This document shows positions 49,579 through 59,924 of a stretch of 64,000 nt of DNA, piece after piece. The notes beneath the pieces are model-generated. The model was not told the origin of the DNA and made no database searches. It saw only the letters and a program-made list of their open reading frames with translations. The translations under genes and the position numbers were made by a program. Numbering within the stretch: the stretch's first letter is position 1; each line of letters starts with the position of its first letter. The stretch comes from an uncultured Gemmatimonadaceae bacterium (lineage in GTDB: Bacteria > Gemmatimonadota > Gemmatimonadetes > Gemmatimonadales > Gemmatimonadaceae): assembly GCA_963740355.1 (NCBI GenBank), contig CAVUDW010000003.1, forward strand, positions 352,001 to 416,000, read 5' to 3'.

Positions 49579-49977
49579 ATGACGACCTGCGCGCTGCCTG
49601 AAGCCGGAGCGGCTCCTGACACGAAGGCCGGTATCGACGAACTCGACGCGCTCTTCAAGGGCTTCGCCGACCCCACCCGCCTGCGCGTGCTGAACCTGCT
49701 CGTCGCCGGCGAGCTCTGTGTCTGCGACATCGTCGAGATCCTCGCGCTGCCGCAGCCCGCGGTGTCACGACATCTGGCATACCTGCGCCGCGCCGGCCTC
49801 GTCGAGGCGACCCGGGAATGGAAGTTCGCGCACTACCGCCTGGCCGAACCACGGCATGCGGTGCATCGGAACATGATGAACTGCGTGCGCTCGTGTTTCA
49901 CCGGCGTCACGAGCCTCGACACCGAGCGTGCGCGTGCCGTCGCACGCGTGGCCGAGCGCGCGGCGACGCCCTGCTGA
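49579..49977 (+). CDS. arsR: ArsR/SmtB family regulator
   Basis: ADPTRLRVL, ELCVCD As(III) box, QPAVSRHLAYLRRAGLV. Confidence 0.93.
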   Translation: MTTCALPEAGAAPDTKAGIDELDALFKGFADPTRLRVLNLLVAGELCVCDIVEILALPQPAVSRHLAYLRRAGLVEATREWKFAHYRLAEPRHAVHRNMMNCVRSCFTGVTSLDTERARAVARVAERAATPC

Positions 49978-50041
49978 GTCGCCGACGTCGCGCGAGTGCG
50001 CGTCAGTCCGTCGACACCTCGCATCACTCCCCACGCACATC

Positions 50042-51195
50042 ATGAGCGTCTCCACCACCGCCCGCGCGCCACTGCCTCCGCGCGGCGCCCCGTCCGATCT
50101 CGACGCGCCCATCCTGCGTCGCCTCTCGACGCTCGACCGCTTCCTGCCGCTCTGGATCTTCGCCGCGATGGCGCTCGGCCTGCTGCTCGGACGAGTCAAT
50201 CCCGACGCTTGGCGCGACACTCGACCGCGTGCAGGTCAACGGCGTGTCGGTCCCGATTGCCGTCGGCCTGCTCTGGATGATGTATCCCGTGCTGGCGAAG
50301 GTGAAATACGAGACCATCGGCGCGCACGTGCGCGACACGAAGCTGCTCGGCACCTCACTGGTGCTGAACTGGGTCATCGGCCCCAGTGCTGATGCTCGGT
50401 CTGGCGTGGCTGTTCCTGCCGGACCTGCCCGCGTATCGCAATGGGCTGGTGCTGATCGGCCTCGCGCGGTGCATCGCGATGGTGCTGATCTGGAACTCGC
50501 TCGCCTGCGGGTCGGGCGAACTTGCCGCGGTGCTCGTCGCACTGAACTCGGTCTTCCAGATCCTCACGTACTCCGTGCTCGGGTATCTCTTCCTGACGGT
50601 GGTGCCTGGCTGGTTCGGCGCCGACACCGCGGCGCTCAACATTTCGATGGGGCAGATCGCGACCAGCGTCGGCATCTTCCTCGGTGTGCCGCTGGTCGCC
50701 GGCTATCTGACGCGCAAGCTGCTGCTGCAGGCGAAGGGTGCCGCGTGGTACGACGGCGTGTTCATGCCGAAGTTCGGGCCGACCGCACTGCTTGGCCTGC
50801 TCTACACCATCGTGCTGATGTTCGCGATGCAGGGCAATCGCATCGTGACGCAGCCGATGGACGTGGTGCGCATCGCGATCCCGATGCTGGTCTACTTCGG
50901 CGTGATGTTCGGCCTCGCGTTCTGGCTGTCGCTGCGACTCGGCTTCAACTACGAGACCACGGCATCGCTGTCGTTCACGGCTGCTGGCAACAACTTCGAA
51001 CTGGCCATCGCGGTCGCCGTCGCGACGTTCGGCATCACGTCGGGCGAGGCGTTGGCTGCCGTGATCGGCCCGCTGATCGAGGTGCCGGCGCTTGTCGGCC
51101 TCGTGTACGCGTCGCTGTGGGCTCGTCGTCGCTACTTCCCCGGCGATGCGTTGAGCGACTCGCGCACCGCATTGCTCACTCCGCGTAAACAGTGA
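50042..51195 (+). CDS. acr3: ACR3 family arsenite efflux transporter, interrupted by two +1 frameshifts (pseudogene or assembly indels)
   Basis: LSTLDRFLPLWI / GLLWMMYPVLAKV..LNWVIGP / GLARCIAMV..AGNNFELAIAV..GPLIEVP occur in three successive frames, with breaks near 50203 and 50384. Confidence 0.9.
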
Positions 51196-51200
51196 CTGTC

Positions 51201-51959
51201 ATGCGCTACGCCCTCATCTCCGACATCCACGCCAACCTGCATGCACTCGATGCGGTGCTGGCCGACATCGACCGTCGCGGTGACACCGACGCCATCTACC
51301 ATCTCGGGGATCTCGTCGGCTACTCGTCCAATCCGAACGAGGTCGTGCACCGGCTCACTGCGCGCGGCATCAGCGGCATTGCCGGCAACTACGACTCGAC
51401 CGTCGCGACCGACTACAAGCACTGCGGCTGCAAGAGCGAGACGCCGCGGCAGGAGGAGCTGGCGCACATCAGCTACGAGTACACGCGCGGCGCGGTGACC
51501 GCCGAGACGAAGCGCATGCTGGGCGCACTGCCCTTCTCGCTGGACATCCGCCCGAAGGGTGGGCATGCCTCGGGGCCGCGGCTGGTGCTCGTGCACGGAA
51601 CACCGACGCTGAACACGCTGTACTGGACCGAGGATCGTCCCGACGACTTCTGCCTGAAGATGGCGGCGAGCGTAAACCTGAAGAGCGGTGACGTGATCGC
51701 GTTCGGACACACGCACAAGCCGTGGCATCGCGAGGTGGAGGGAATCCACTTCGTGAACACCGGCAGCGTGGGGCGGCCGAAGGACGCGGACTGGCGCGCG
51801 GGCTACGTGCGGCTGGAGCTCGGGACCGGAGCCGCGACGGTGGAGTTCGTGCGCGTGGAGTACGACGTCGAGGCGGCGGCTCGTGGGGTGATCGAAGCCG
51901 GATTGCCGATGGAGTTCGCGGCGTTCCTTCGGAACGGTGGCACGACGTTGGTCGGCTGA
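51201..51959 (+). CDS. Calcineurin-like metallophosphoesterase
   Basis: ISDIHAN, LGDLVGY, GNYD, VHG, GHTH, NTGSVG; extra CGC motif. Confidence 0.92.
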   Translation: MRYALISDIHANLHALDAVLADIDRRGDTDAIYHLGDLVGYSSNPNEVVHRLTARGISGIAGNYDSTVATDYKHCGCKSETPRQEELAHISYEYTRGAVTAETKRMLGALPFSLDIRPKGGHASGPRLVLVHGTPTLNTLYWTEDRPDDFCLKMAASVNLKSGDVIAFGHTHKPWHREVEGIHFVNTGSVGRPKDADWRAGYVRLELGTGAATVEFVRVEYDVEAAARGVIEAGLPMEFAAFLRNGGTTLVG

Positions 51960-52181
51960 TCTCGACGGGGCGACGAAAACACTGAGAGCACGCCACACCG
52001 CGCCCGCGTTGCACGCAAGGCCCCGGCCACTCGATGCATCGGATTTCGAGGGCGCGACTCGCCTGCGAACGTGTAAATTGAGGATGCCACGCCCATCCGC
52101 TCACGGCCCGAGAGTCGCCACGAGCGCGCAAGGCTCGAACACACCGAGCCGACCGTCTCCCCGCAATTCGGCAACGCCATC

Positions 52182-53444
52182 GTGCTTGAAATCGTCTCCA
52201 TTCTGCTGGCCGTCACCGCCGTTCTCGCGTTCGTCAACACGCGCTTCCTGCGACAGCCTCCCGCGATAGGGCTGCTGATCACCGCGCTCGGCAGCGCCCT
52301 CGTCGTCAAGGCGCTGGGCGTGTTCGGACTCGTGAATCTGGATCCGATTCTGGCGCTGCTGCGCGAGCTCGACTTCCGCGCAGCCCTCCTTGACGGCATG
52401 CTCGGCCTGTTGCTGTTCGCGGGGGCATTGCACGTGGACCCGGCCCAGCTGCGGGCGCAGGTCAGGCCCATCGCGGCCCTGGCGACACTGGGCACGCTGA
52501 TCAGCGCCGTGCTCATTGCGACAGCGGTCGTATGGATCGGCAAGGCAATCGGGACACCCGTCCCAGTCATCTGGGCCGTCGCGTTCGGCGTCCTGATCGC
52601 GCCCACGGACCCCATCGCGGTCGCGGCCCTGCTGCGCAGCGCAGGTGTTCCCAACGCGCTCCAGAAGACCATCACCGGCGAGTCCCTCTTCAACGACGGC
52701 ATCGGTGTGGTCTTGTTCCTCGCCGTCCTGACGACGATTGAACAGGGCGTCGTCCCTGGTGCCGGCGAGATCGCGCGCTTGCTCGGCGTCGAGATCGTCG
52801 GTGGTCTGGTGTTCGGGCTGGGACTTGGCTGGGTTGCCGTGCGCATGCTACGCCAGATCGATGAATACCAGACGGAGATCCTGCTCACGCTCGCCTTCGC
52901 ATTCGCTGGCTTCACGCTGGCGCGGTATCTCCACGTCTCTGGCGTGCTCGGCATGGTGGTGCTGGGGCTCGTGATCGGGCGGCAGGGTGGCGACGATGTC
53001 ATTTCGACCAAGACCAAGCAGCGGCTCGACGACTTCTGGGAGTTGATCGACGAATTTCTCAATGCCGGACTGTTCGTCCTCATCGGTGTCGAAATCCTCG
53101 TCATTGACGTACGCCCCGCTGCGCTGCTCCTCGGGCTCCTGCTGATCCCGGTGATCGTGGCCGTGCGATGGATCTCGGTGGCCGGCGTCGTCTGGCCGAT
53201 GCGGAATGTCCTCCGGTGGCCGGCAGGCAGCATCGGTCTCGTCACCTGGGCGGGCGTCCGTGGCGGCATCTCGATTGCCTTGGCGCTCGCCCTACCGGCG
53301 AATCCATTGCGGACGACGCTACTGGCGGCGACGTACGTCGTCGTCTGCTTCTCCATCGTCGTTCAGGGCCTGTCGGTCGGCTGGGTCGCACGCCGACTCC
53401 TTGGGGCGGCAGCGATGCGAGTCGCTGACGCGTCGGACCACTGA
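52182..53444 (+). CDS. CPA1 Na+/H+ antiporter (NhaP-like)
   Basis: LLFAGALH, IAPTDPIAV, GESLFNDG, WAGVRGGISIALAL. Confidence 0.93.
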   Translation: MLEIVSILLAVTAVLAFVNTRFLRQPPAIGLLITALGSALVVKALGVFGLVNLDPILALLRELDFRAALLDGMLGLLLFAGALHVDPAQLRAQVRPIAALATLGTLISAVLIATAVVWIGKAIGTPVPVIWAVAFGVLIAPTDPIAVAALLRSAGVPNALQKTITGESLFNDGIGVVLFLAVLTTIEQGVVPGAGEIARLLGVEIVGGLVFGLGLGWVAVRMLRQIDEYQTEILLTLAFAFAGFTLARYLHVSGVLGMVVLGLVIGRQGGDDVISTKTKQRLDDFWELIDEFLNAGLFVLIGVEILVIDVRPAALLLGLLLIPVIVAVRWISVAGVVWPMRNVLRWPAGSIGLVTWAGVRGGISIALALALPANPLRTTLLAATYVVVCFSIVVQGLSVGWVARRLLGAAAMRVADASDH

Positions 53445-53540
53445 TACATCGCACGCGCTGGCTCGATCGCGGGCACCCGGGCGGGATGGTGGAGTACCCT
53501 GCTGTGTCCCATATGACTTCGCACTCATAACCGGATCGCA

Positions 53541-54989
53541 ATGCTGCAAGAGATCGCCAGCTGGTTCCGCGGATGGCGCGCCGCGGTGATCGAAGGACCG
53601 GCGCCGCGCCTCGCCGACGAAAATCAGTGGTACACAGAGCACACGGCACTGCTCATCAGCACGCTCAAGTGGTCGCTGCTGGGTGCCGGAGCAGGTGTCT
53701 GTGTTGGCCTTGGCACACGCGTGTTCCTCTGGGCGGTCGCCGCCAGCTCGGCGCAGGCGACGTCTGCCACGCAGGGCCGCTTCGCTTCCTACTGGTTCCT
53801 GCCGCTCGCGATGCCGCTCTGCGTCTGGCTGATCCGCACGTTCGCGCCTGACGCACGGGGGCACGGGACCGAGGCCGTCATCGCCGCCATTCACACCAGA
53901 GCTGGCCGGATCGATTGGCTGATTGCGCCAGTCAAGCTCGCCGGCACGGTGCTCACGCTCGCCTGCGGTGGATCAGTCGGAAAGGAAGGACCGGCGGCAC
54001 AGATCGGCGCTGCGATCACGAGCCTGTTTGCCGACATCATCCGGCTCACCGACGAGGATCGCCGCCGTCTCGTGATCTGCGGCATAAGCGCTGGTTTTGC
54101 AGCAGTCTTCGGCACGCCCGTGTCGGGAGCTCTGTTCGGTATCGAGGTGCTGTACCTGGGCCGCCTCGACTACACCGTGATATTCCCTGCTCTCGTCGCT
54201 GGCATCGTCGGCCACCTCGTCTGCGGCATCGCCCCGCCATTCCCGCAGCTGCACGAATCCTTCAGCGATATCGGCCAGGTTCGCATCGTCCTCACGACCA
54301 TCGCATCCGGCGCCCTGTTCGGCCTTGTGGCGCTGCTCCTGATCGAGACACTGCGCGGCGTCGAACGTGGGATCGAGCGCCTCCACATGAACGCCTACGC
54401 GCTCGCAGCCCTCGGTGGCGTGGCCCTCGTCTCGCTCTACACTTTTGCAGGGCCCGCGTATGCCGGACTTGGGACGGCCACGATTGATGGGGTACTGGCT
54501 GGGACGCTGGTCGTGTCAGGTGTCGCATTCCTGCTCAAGATCGTCGCCACCGCGATCACGCTGGAGACCGGAGGAAGCGGCGGCATCCTCACCCCGATCT
54601 TCTTCATCGGGGCGACCAGCGGCGCGGCACTCGCGCGCCTGTTTCACGTGCCACCGACGCTGCTTGCGGCCTTCGGCTTCGTGTCGGTCCTCGCGGCCGC
54701 GGCGAACACTCCAATCGCTGCGGCCGTCATGGCCATCGAGCTGCTGCCGCCTGACATCAGCGTGTATGCCGCGCTTTCCGCAGCGACCGCCTACTTGATG
54801 GTGGGTCACCGCAGTGTGTACGCCAGCCAGAAGCTCGGCTTTTCCAAGTCCGGCGGGCTCGAACTCCCGCTCGGAGGGACCATCGGAGATGTGGACCGCG
54901 CGTCGTTGCGCATCCGCAAAGGCAGTCTCACGGAGCGCGTGCACGGCCTTGGGCGACGCACCGAGAGCGGACGTGATGACGTGGAATGA
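53541..54989 (+). CDS. ClC chloride channel/antiporter family protein
   Basis: GHGTE, GGSVGKEGP, FGTPVSGALFGIE, GGSGGILTP, ANTPIA. Confidence 0.92.
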   Translation: MLQEIASWFRGWRAAVIEGPAPRLADENQWYTEHTALLISTLKWSLLGAGAGVCVGLGTRVFLWAVAASSAQATSATQGRFASYWFLPLAMPLCVWLIRTFAPDARGHGTEAVIAAIHTRAGRIDWLIAPVKLAGTVLTLACGGSVGKEGPAAQIGAAITSLFADIIRLTDEDRRRLVICGISAGFAAVFGTPVSGALFGIEVLYLGRLDYTVIFPALVAGIVGHLVCGIAPPFPQLHESFSDIGQVRIVLTTIASGALFGLVALLLIETLRGVERGIERLHMNAYALAALGGVALVSLYTFAGPAYAGLGTATIDGVLAGTLVVSGVAFLLKIVATAITLETGGSGGILTPIFFIGATSGAALARLFHVPPTLLAAFGFVSVLAAAANTPIAAAVMAIELLPPDISVYAALSAATAYLMVGHRSVYASQKLGFSKSGGLELPLGGTIGDVDRASLRIRKGSLTERVHGLGRRTESGRDDVE

Positions 54990-55009
54990 CCGCGAACATC
55001 ACGCCCCGA

Positions 55010-56797
55010 TCAGAACGCGCGGTCCCAAGGAATCGACAGGCGCAGCGCTGAGCTGATCAACCCAACCATGCTGTACGTCTGCACGAAGTTGCCCCACTGC
55101 TCGAGCGACACGGGATCTATGTGCTCCGCCAGCAGGCCGTGCGGGTTGCGGCATGCAAGCACATGTTCGAACAGCGCCCGGGCTTCCGTGTCGCGTCCGA
55201 TGGCTGCCAGCGCATTGATGTACCAGAAGGTGCACGCAAGGAACGCGTTCTCCGGCTTGCCGAAGTCATCTTCGCCGACATACCGGTAGATGAACTGCCC
55301 GCGCAACAGATCGCGCTCGATGGCGTGCACGGTGGCGACGAAACGGACGTCGTCCGCCGCCACAAAGCCGACGTCATGCATGCGCAGCAGCGAGGCGTCG
55401 AGTGTGCTGCCGTCCATCGTGGAGACGAACGTGTGCAGGTCCGCATTCCAGCAGCGTCGGCAGATCTCGATGTGCATGCGATCCGCGGTTTCTCGCCAGT
55501 ACGCATACCGATCCCGCAGGCCGAGCTGCGCGGCGATGCGTGCGAGCCTGTCGCAGCCCGCCCAGCACATCACGCTCGAGAACGTGTGCACATGCGCGCT
55601 GCCACGCAGCTCCCAGATTCCGGCGTCGGGCTGGTCGTAGCAGGCGGCAGCACGGTGTCCGATGTGCTCGAGGCGCTCGAAGAGGGCCACATCACCTCGC
55701 TGCTCGAGACGACGGTCGAAGAAAATGTGCGTCGCGGCCAGGATCGCGGCGCCGTACACGTCATGCTGCACCTGCCGATACGCGTCGTTGCCAACCCGCA
55801 CGGGCCCCATGCCGCGGTACCCTGGCAGCGATTCCACCGTGCGTTCCTCGATATCCGCCCGCCCACTGATGGTGTACATCGGCTGCAGTTCCCCGTGCTC
55901 TGCGCTGGCGATCACATTCAGGATGTACGCAAGAAATCGCTCCATCGTGCGCGTCGCGCCGAGCCGGTTCAGTGCGTCGACCACGAAGTAGGCGTCGCGG
56001 ATCCAGCAGTAGCGATAGTCCCAGTTGCGCGTGCTGCCTGACGCCTCAGGGATCGACGTCGTCATCGCGGCAATCACGGCGCCCGTGTCCTCGTGCGCGT
56101 TGAGCTTGAGCGCAATGGCCGAGCGGATCACGACGTCCTGCCACTCGAACGGAATCGCGAGGGCGCGCACCCAGTCTCGCCAGTGCGCCACAGTCTCTTC
56201 GAGGAATCGGCGGCCGACGATCCCGGCCGATTCCGTCACCGTCTCGTCGGCGCCAAGGATCATGGTCACCGTCCCGTCGAGAAAGAACGGCAGCTCCTCG
56301 ACGATGGGGGTGAGCGGCGCGTCCGTCGTCAGTCGCAGCACGACATCCCCGCCGATGTAGCGGATGTGATTGCTGCCCATCGTTCGCTCGGCTGGGAAGC
56401 GCCCGTACTGGCACATCGGGCGAAGCCGGATCCTGATGCGTGGGTGCCCGGCAACCGCCGTTACGCGGCGCACCAGCGACATGGGGCAGAAGAATCGTCC
56501 GTACTGCTCGAACCGCGGCGCGAAGTCGACAATCTCGACCACGCCGCCTGACGCGTCATGAAGCCGTGTGACGAGGACAGGGGTGTTCTCGAGCACGGAC
56601 TGCTCGGTGCGCACACACTCGAGGACCTCGATGCCGAAGTGGCCGCCCGCCTCCGGCGCGTCCGTCCCGGTCAGCAGCGAACAGAACGAAGGATCCCCAT
56701 CGAAGCGCGGAAAGCACGCCCAGGTGATGTCCCCTTCGGGCGTGATCAATGCGCTGATGGTGCCGTTGCCGATCAGTGCCAGGTTCAGAGAACTCAT
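55010..56797 (-). CDS. Glycoside hydrolase family 15 (trehalase-like)
   Basis: ALIGNG, TTSIPE..RNWDYRYCWIRD, GIWELR, GLLAEHID..WGNFVQTYS. Confidence 0.93.
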   Translation of the reverse strand: MSSLNLALIGNGTISALITPEGDITWACFPRFDGDPSFCSLLTGTDAPEAGGHFGIEVLECVRTEQSVLENTPVLVTRLHDASGGVVEIVDFAPRFEQYGRFFCPMSLVRRVTAVAGHPRIRIRLRPMCQYGRFPAERTMGSNHIRYIGGDVVLRLTTDAPLTPIVEELPFFLDGTVTMILGADETVTESAGIVGRRFLEETVAHWRDWVRALAIPFEWQDVVIRSAIALKLNAHEDTGAVIAAMTTSIPEASGSTRNWDYRYCWIRDAYFVVDALNRLGATRTMERFLAYILNVIASAEHGELQPMYTISGRADIEERTVESLPGYRGMGPVRVGNDAYRQVQHDVYGAAILAATHIFFDRRLEQRGDVALFERLEHIGHRAAACYDQPDAGIWELRGSAHVHTFSSVMCWAGCDRLARIAAQLGLRDRYAYWRETADRMHIEICRRCWNADLHTFVSTMDGSTLDASLLRMHDVGFVAADDVRFVATVHAIERDLLRGQFIYRYVGEDDFGKPENAFLACTFWYINALAAIGRDTEARALFEHVLACRNPHGLLAEHIDPVSLEQWGNFVQTYSMVGLISSALRLSIPWDRAF

Positions 56798-57585
56798 GAC
56801 CGGACCGCTCCACCAGCACTCGGGGCGACCGCCAGATCGAGCCAGCGCCGCACAGCGCGTACGTCCCGCATGCGCCAGCTCGCCAAGGTGCGCCCAGGGC
56901 CGACCTTGACCGAGATCCCATCGAACTCGTTGATCACCGCAAAGCCATACTCGTCGGTCATGTCGTCACCGATGAAGACTGGACATCGGCCTCGGAATGG
57001 AGGCTCAGTCAGGAATGTGCGAATGGCCGTACCCTTGTCGCGTCCCGCCAGCTTCAGTTCGACGACGCGCTTGCCGCGCTGCACGCAAAACTCCGTACCA
57101 GCCTCGCGACCGACCTGCCGCATCACACGGTGCGCGTAGCTGGCGAGGGCGGGTGCCCGACGGTAGTGAAGCGCGAGCGACAGTCCCTTGTCCTCGAGCA
57201 GAAGGCTGGGATGACGCTGCACAACTTCGCGAAGTCGGGTGCGAGCGACACCAAACGCCGGAAGCGGTAGTGAGAACCGGGAGACCTCGCCACTCGGCGC
57301 ACGCCGTTCGAGTCCGTGCTGGCCGGCGACGGGCAGGTGCAATGCCGGGAAGAGATGATCTACCTCGGCCACCGTTCGTCCCGTGATGATCGCGACCGCG
57401 CCGCCCGTGAGGGTCGTGAGCGCTGTGATCGTGGCCCGGAGCTCCGCGTCCACCTGCACGTCACCGGGCCTCGAGACAATCTCGAGCAACGTGCCATCGA
57501 GGTCGATGAAATACGCCAACTCCCGCGTCGGCGATGGCACACCAGCAGTGCGACGTCGTCGCGGCGCAGACAATGTCACGGTCAT
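56794..57585 (-). CDS. otsB: Trehalose-6-phosphate phosphatase
   Basis: HAD motif DLDGTL, ITGR, GQHGLE, EDKG..ALHYR, GDDMTDE. Confidence 0.93.
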   Translation of the reverse strand: MTVTLSAPRRRRTAGVPSPTRELAYFIDLDGTLLEIVSRPGDVQVDAELRATITALTTLTGGAVAIITGRTVAEVDHLFPALHLPVAGQHGLERRAPSGEVSRFSLPLPAFGVARTRLREVVQRHPSLLLEDKGLSLALHYRRAPALASYAHRVMRQVGREAGTEFCVQRGKRVVELKLAGRDKGTAIRTFLTEPPFRGRCPVFIGDDMTDEYGFAVINEFDGISVKVGPGRTLASWRMRDVRAVRRWLDLAVAPSAGGAVRS

Positions 57586-59867
57586 GCGCTCGCCTCGCGA
57601 CGCTCAGGCGTGGGGACGAGACGGGGGCGCAGGCCGACTGGGAACTCGAATCGGCGGATCAGGCGCGTCCGACGACGGACGCTGGCGGCATCGAGCATCA
57701 TGCGCCCGGCCCATCGGTAGACGTTGAATTCTCCCACCAGGCTCCGCATCAGTCGCATGCGCGCACGCTGCTCATGCTGTGGCATTGTGACTGCTTGAAA
57801 CAAGGCCTCCGCACACTCTTCGGCATCATATGGGTTGACGATGATGGCCTCCGGCAACTCCCGGGCAGCACCGGTGAACTGGCTCAGTACCAGCACCCCA
57901 CGTTCATCGTCGCGCGCGGCGACGAACTCCTTCGCCACGAGGTTCATGCCATCGTGCAAGCTGCTGACGAAGCAGACATCAGCGCCGCGATAATATTCGT
58001 AGACCTCGCGAGGCTCGTGGTGCTCCGCGTGCAGGATGATCGGGGGGTGTGCGGCAGCCGAGAACTGCGTATTGATGCGCATGGCGAGCGCACGCACGCG
58101 CGCTTCATACGCCTGATAGTGTTCGATGCTCGATCGCGTCGGGGCGGCGATCTGGATGAATGAGAACCGGCCCACCCACTCAGGGTGCAGCTCGAGGAAC
58201 CGCTGCACGGCACGAAAGCGCTCCTCGATGCCCTTGGTGTAGTCGAGGCGATCCACACCGACACCGACGACGTGCCCCTCTGGCAGGAGGTGATGGTGTC
58301 GCACGTCGGCACGGCACTGCTCCACCGACTTCGCGAGCATCGACGCGGCCGGCGGCCAGTCGACCGAAATCGGGTATCGCTTCACCGCGGTCGGCTCGCC
58401 GTGATAGGACACATTGAATGACTCGCGATCGACACGCGCCTCGAGCAACCGGTCCACGGTGTCGACGAAGTTGTTGCAGTGGAACTGCGTGTGGAAGCCG
58501 AGGATGCTGCTGCCCAGCAGGCCATCGAGCAGTTCCTCGCGCCAGGGGCAGATGCTGAATGCCTCCGGATTGGGCCAAGGGATGTGCCAGAACGTGATGA
58601 TCGTGGCGTTCGGCAGGAGCTCGCGCACATATCGTGGCAGGAGCGCGAAGTGGTAGTCCTGCACGAGCACGATGGGGTCGCTGGATGTCGCCTCGCGCAC
58701 CACGGCCTCGGCGAACTTCCGATTCACGGCGACGTACTGCGCCCAGTCTGTTGCACGAAACGTCGGCCGCACGTGCGCATTGTGGCAGAGCGGCCAGAGC
58801 CCCTCGTTCGAGAAGCCGTAGTAGTACCCAGACTCCTCCTGCGCCGACAGCCAGACGCGGCGGATCTGGTACGCCGGGTTCTCGACCGGTACACCGACTC
58901 GATCGTGGCGGTCGACGACTTCCCGGTCCGCGGTGCCGGAGCCGTGTGCGATCCAGGTGCCCGAACAGGCGCGCATGATCGGCTCAAGCGCCGTCACCAG
59001 CCCGCTCGCCGGCTGCTTCACGACGATCTCGTCGCCCTGAAACATGTGCATGTACGGCTCGCGGTTCGAGACCACGATCACCTCCTGCCCACGCAGGTCG
59101 CCATCGAGAATCGCCTTCAATGCGGCCGCATCCCATGGCGCCTGATGCTCTTCCCGGCCGCGATGCTCCGACTGGATGTCCTGGATCAGCGCGCGAAGAT
59201 CGGCCGCAATGGGCCGCAGCTCCGGCCGGTCATGCTCGTCGGTCGGGCGCAGGATACCCTCGCCTCGCATGAGCGCGCGGAGGCCCTGTTCCCAGCCACG
59301 CCAGCTGAGCTGCGCCACCGCCACCGTGATCATCGACACGGTCAGGCCGAGTGCAGCAAAGACGTAGAACAGGTACTTCCGCGTCTCCTCGCTCCGGCGT
59401 CCGACGAAGCTCATGTCATGCACGAGGACCAGCTCACCAGAGGGAGCACTGTCGCTCGCCAGCGAGCGCACGGACACGAGCAGCGGACCGCGTTCACTGC
59501 TCAGGACGTGCGTGGCGGGATCTTCACCGGTGAAGCGAGCAAGACTGTCACACGCCAGCTCCACCGGCAATGACGGCGTCGCAATCGGCTTCGAGGTGGG
59601 CGCGGCGCAGTACCCCATCGCGAACAGGCGCTCATCCTGCGTGATCTTCGCGAACAGCTGGCGTACCCTCGCCTTGTTATCGACCTGCACCAAATCCTGC
59701 ACGGCATCCTCGACCGTCGTCGCCACCAGCTTCGCGCGGATGTCGAGGTCGCGCGTGAACCACCGCACCGTCAGGCTGTCGACGAGTGGGACGACGGCAT
59801 AGGCGACTGCGGCGAGCACGAGCAGGAGCGGTATGATGAATCGAAGGGAGAGTCGCATGGGCCTCAT
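57582..59867 (-). CDS. otsA: Trehalose-6-phosphate synthase with an N-terminal two-TM/periplasmic extension
   Basis: [44 protein letters not shown]; about 255-aa N-terminal extension. Confidence 0.93.
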   Translation of the reverse strand: MRPMRLSLRFIIPLLLVLAAVAYAVVPLVDSLTVRWFTRDLDIRAKLVATTVEDAVQDLVQVDNKARVRQLFAKITQDERLFAMGYCAAPTSKPIATPSLPVELACDSLARFTGEDPATHVLSSERGPLLVSVRSLASDSAPSGELVLVHDMSFVGRRSEETRKYLFYVFAALGLTVSMITVAVAQLSWRGWEQGLRALMRGEGILRPTDEHDRPELRPIAADLRALIQDIQSEHRGREEHQAPWDAAALKAILDGDLRGQEVIVVSNREPYMHMFQGDEIVVKQPASGLVTALEPIMRACSGTWIAHGSGTADREVVDRHDRVGVPVENPAYQIRRVWLSAQEESGYYYGFSNEGLWPLCHNAHVRPTFRATDWAQYVAVNRKFAEAVVREATSSDPIVLVQDYHFALLPRYVRELLPNATIITFWHIPWPNPEAFSICPWREELLDGLLGSSILGFHTQFHCNNFVDTVDRLLEARVDRESFNVSYHGEPTAVKRYPISVDWPPAASMLAKSVEQCRADVRHHHLLPEGHVVGVGVDRLDYTKGIEERFRAVQRFLELHPEWVGRFSFIQIAAPTRSSIEHYQAYEARVRALAMRINTQFSAAAHPPIILHAEHHEPREVYEYYRGADVCFVSSLHDGMNLVAKEFVAARDDERGVLVLSQFTGAARELPEAIIVNPYDAEECAEALFQAVTMPQHEQRARMRLMRSLVGEFNVYRWAGRMMLDAASVRRRTRLIRRFEFPVGLRPRLVPTPERREASA

Positions 59868-59924
59868 CAGGTCGTGCGTGAAACGAGTTGACGGAACAGC
59901 GCGTGCAGTGGCAATGGCGTCGGC

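Noticed and set aside
53541..54989. Fluoride-specific CLC-F exporter
   Set aside because: It has GHGTE/GKEGP/GILTP rather than the CLC-F signatures GNNLI/GREGT/GEVTP, and I recognised no fluoride riboswitch upstream.
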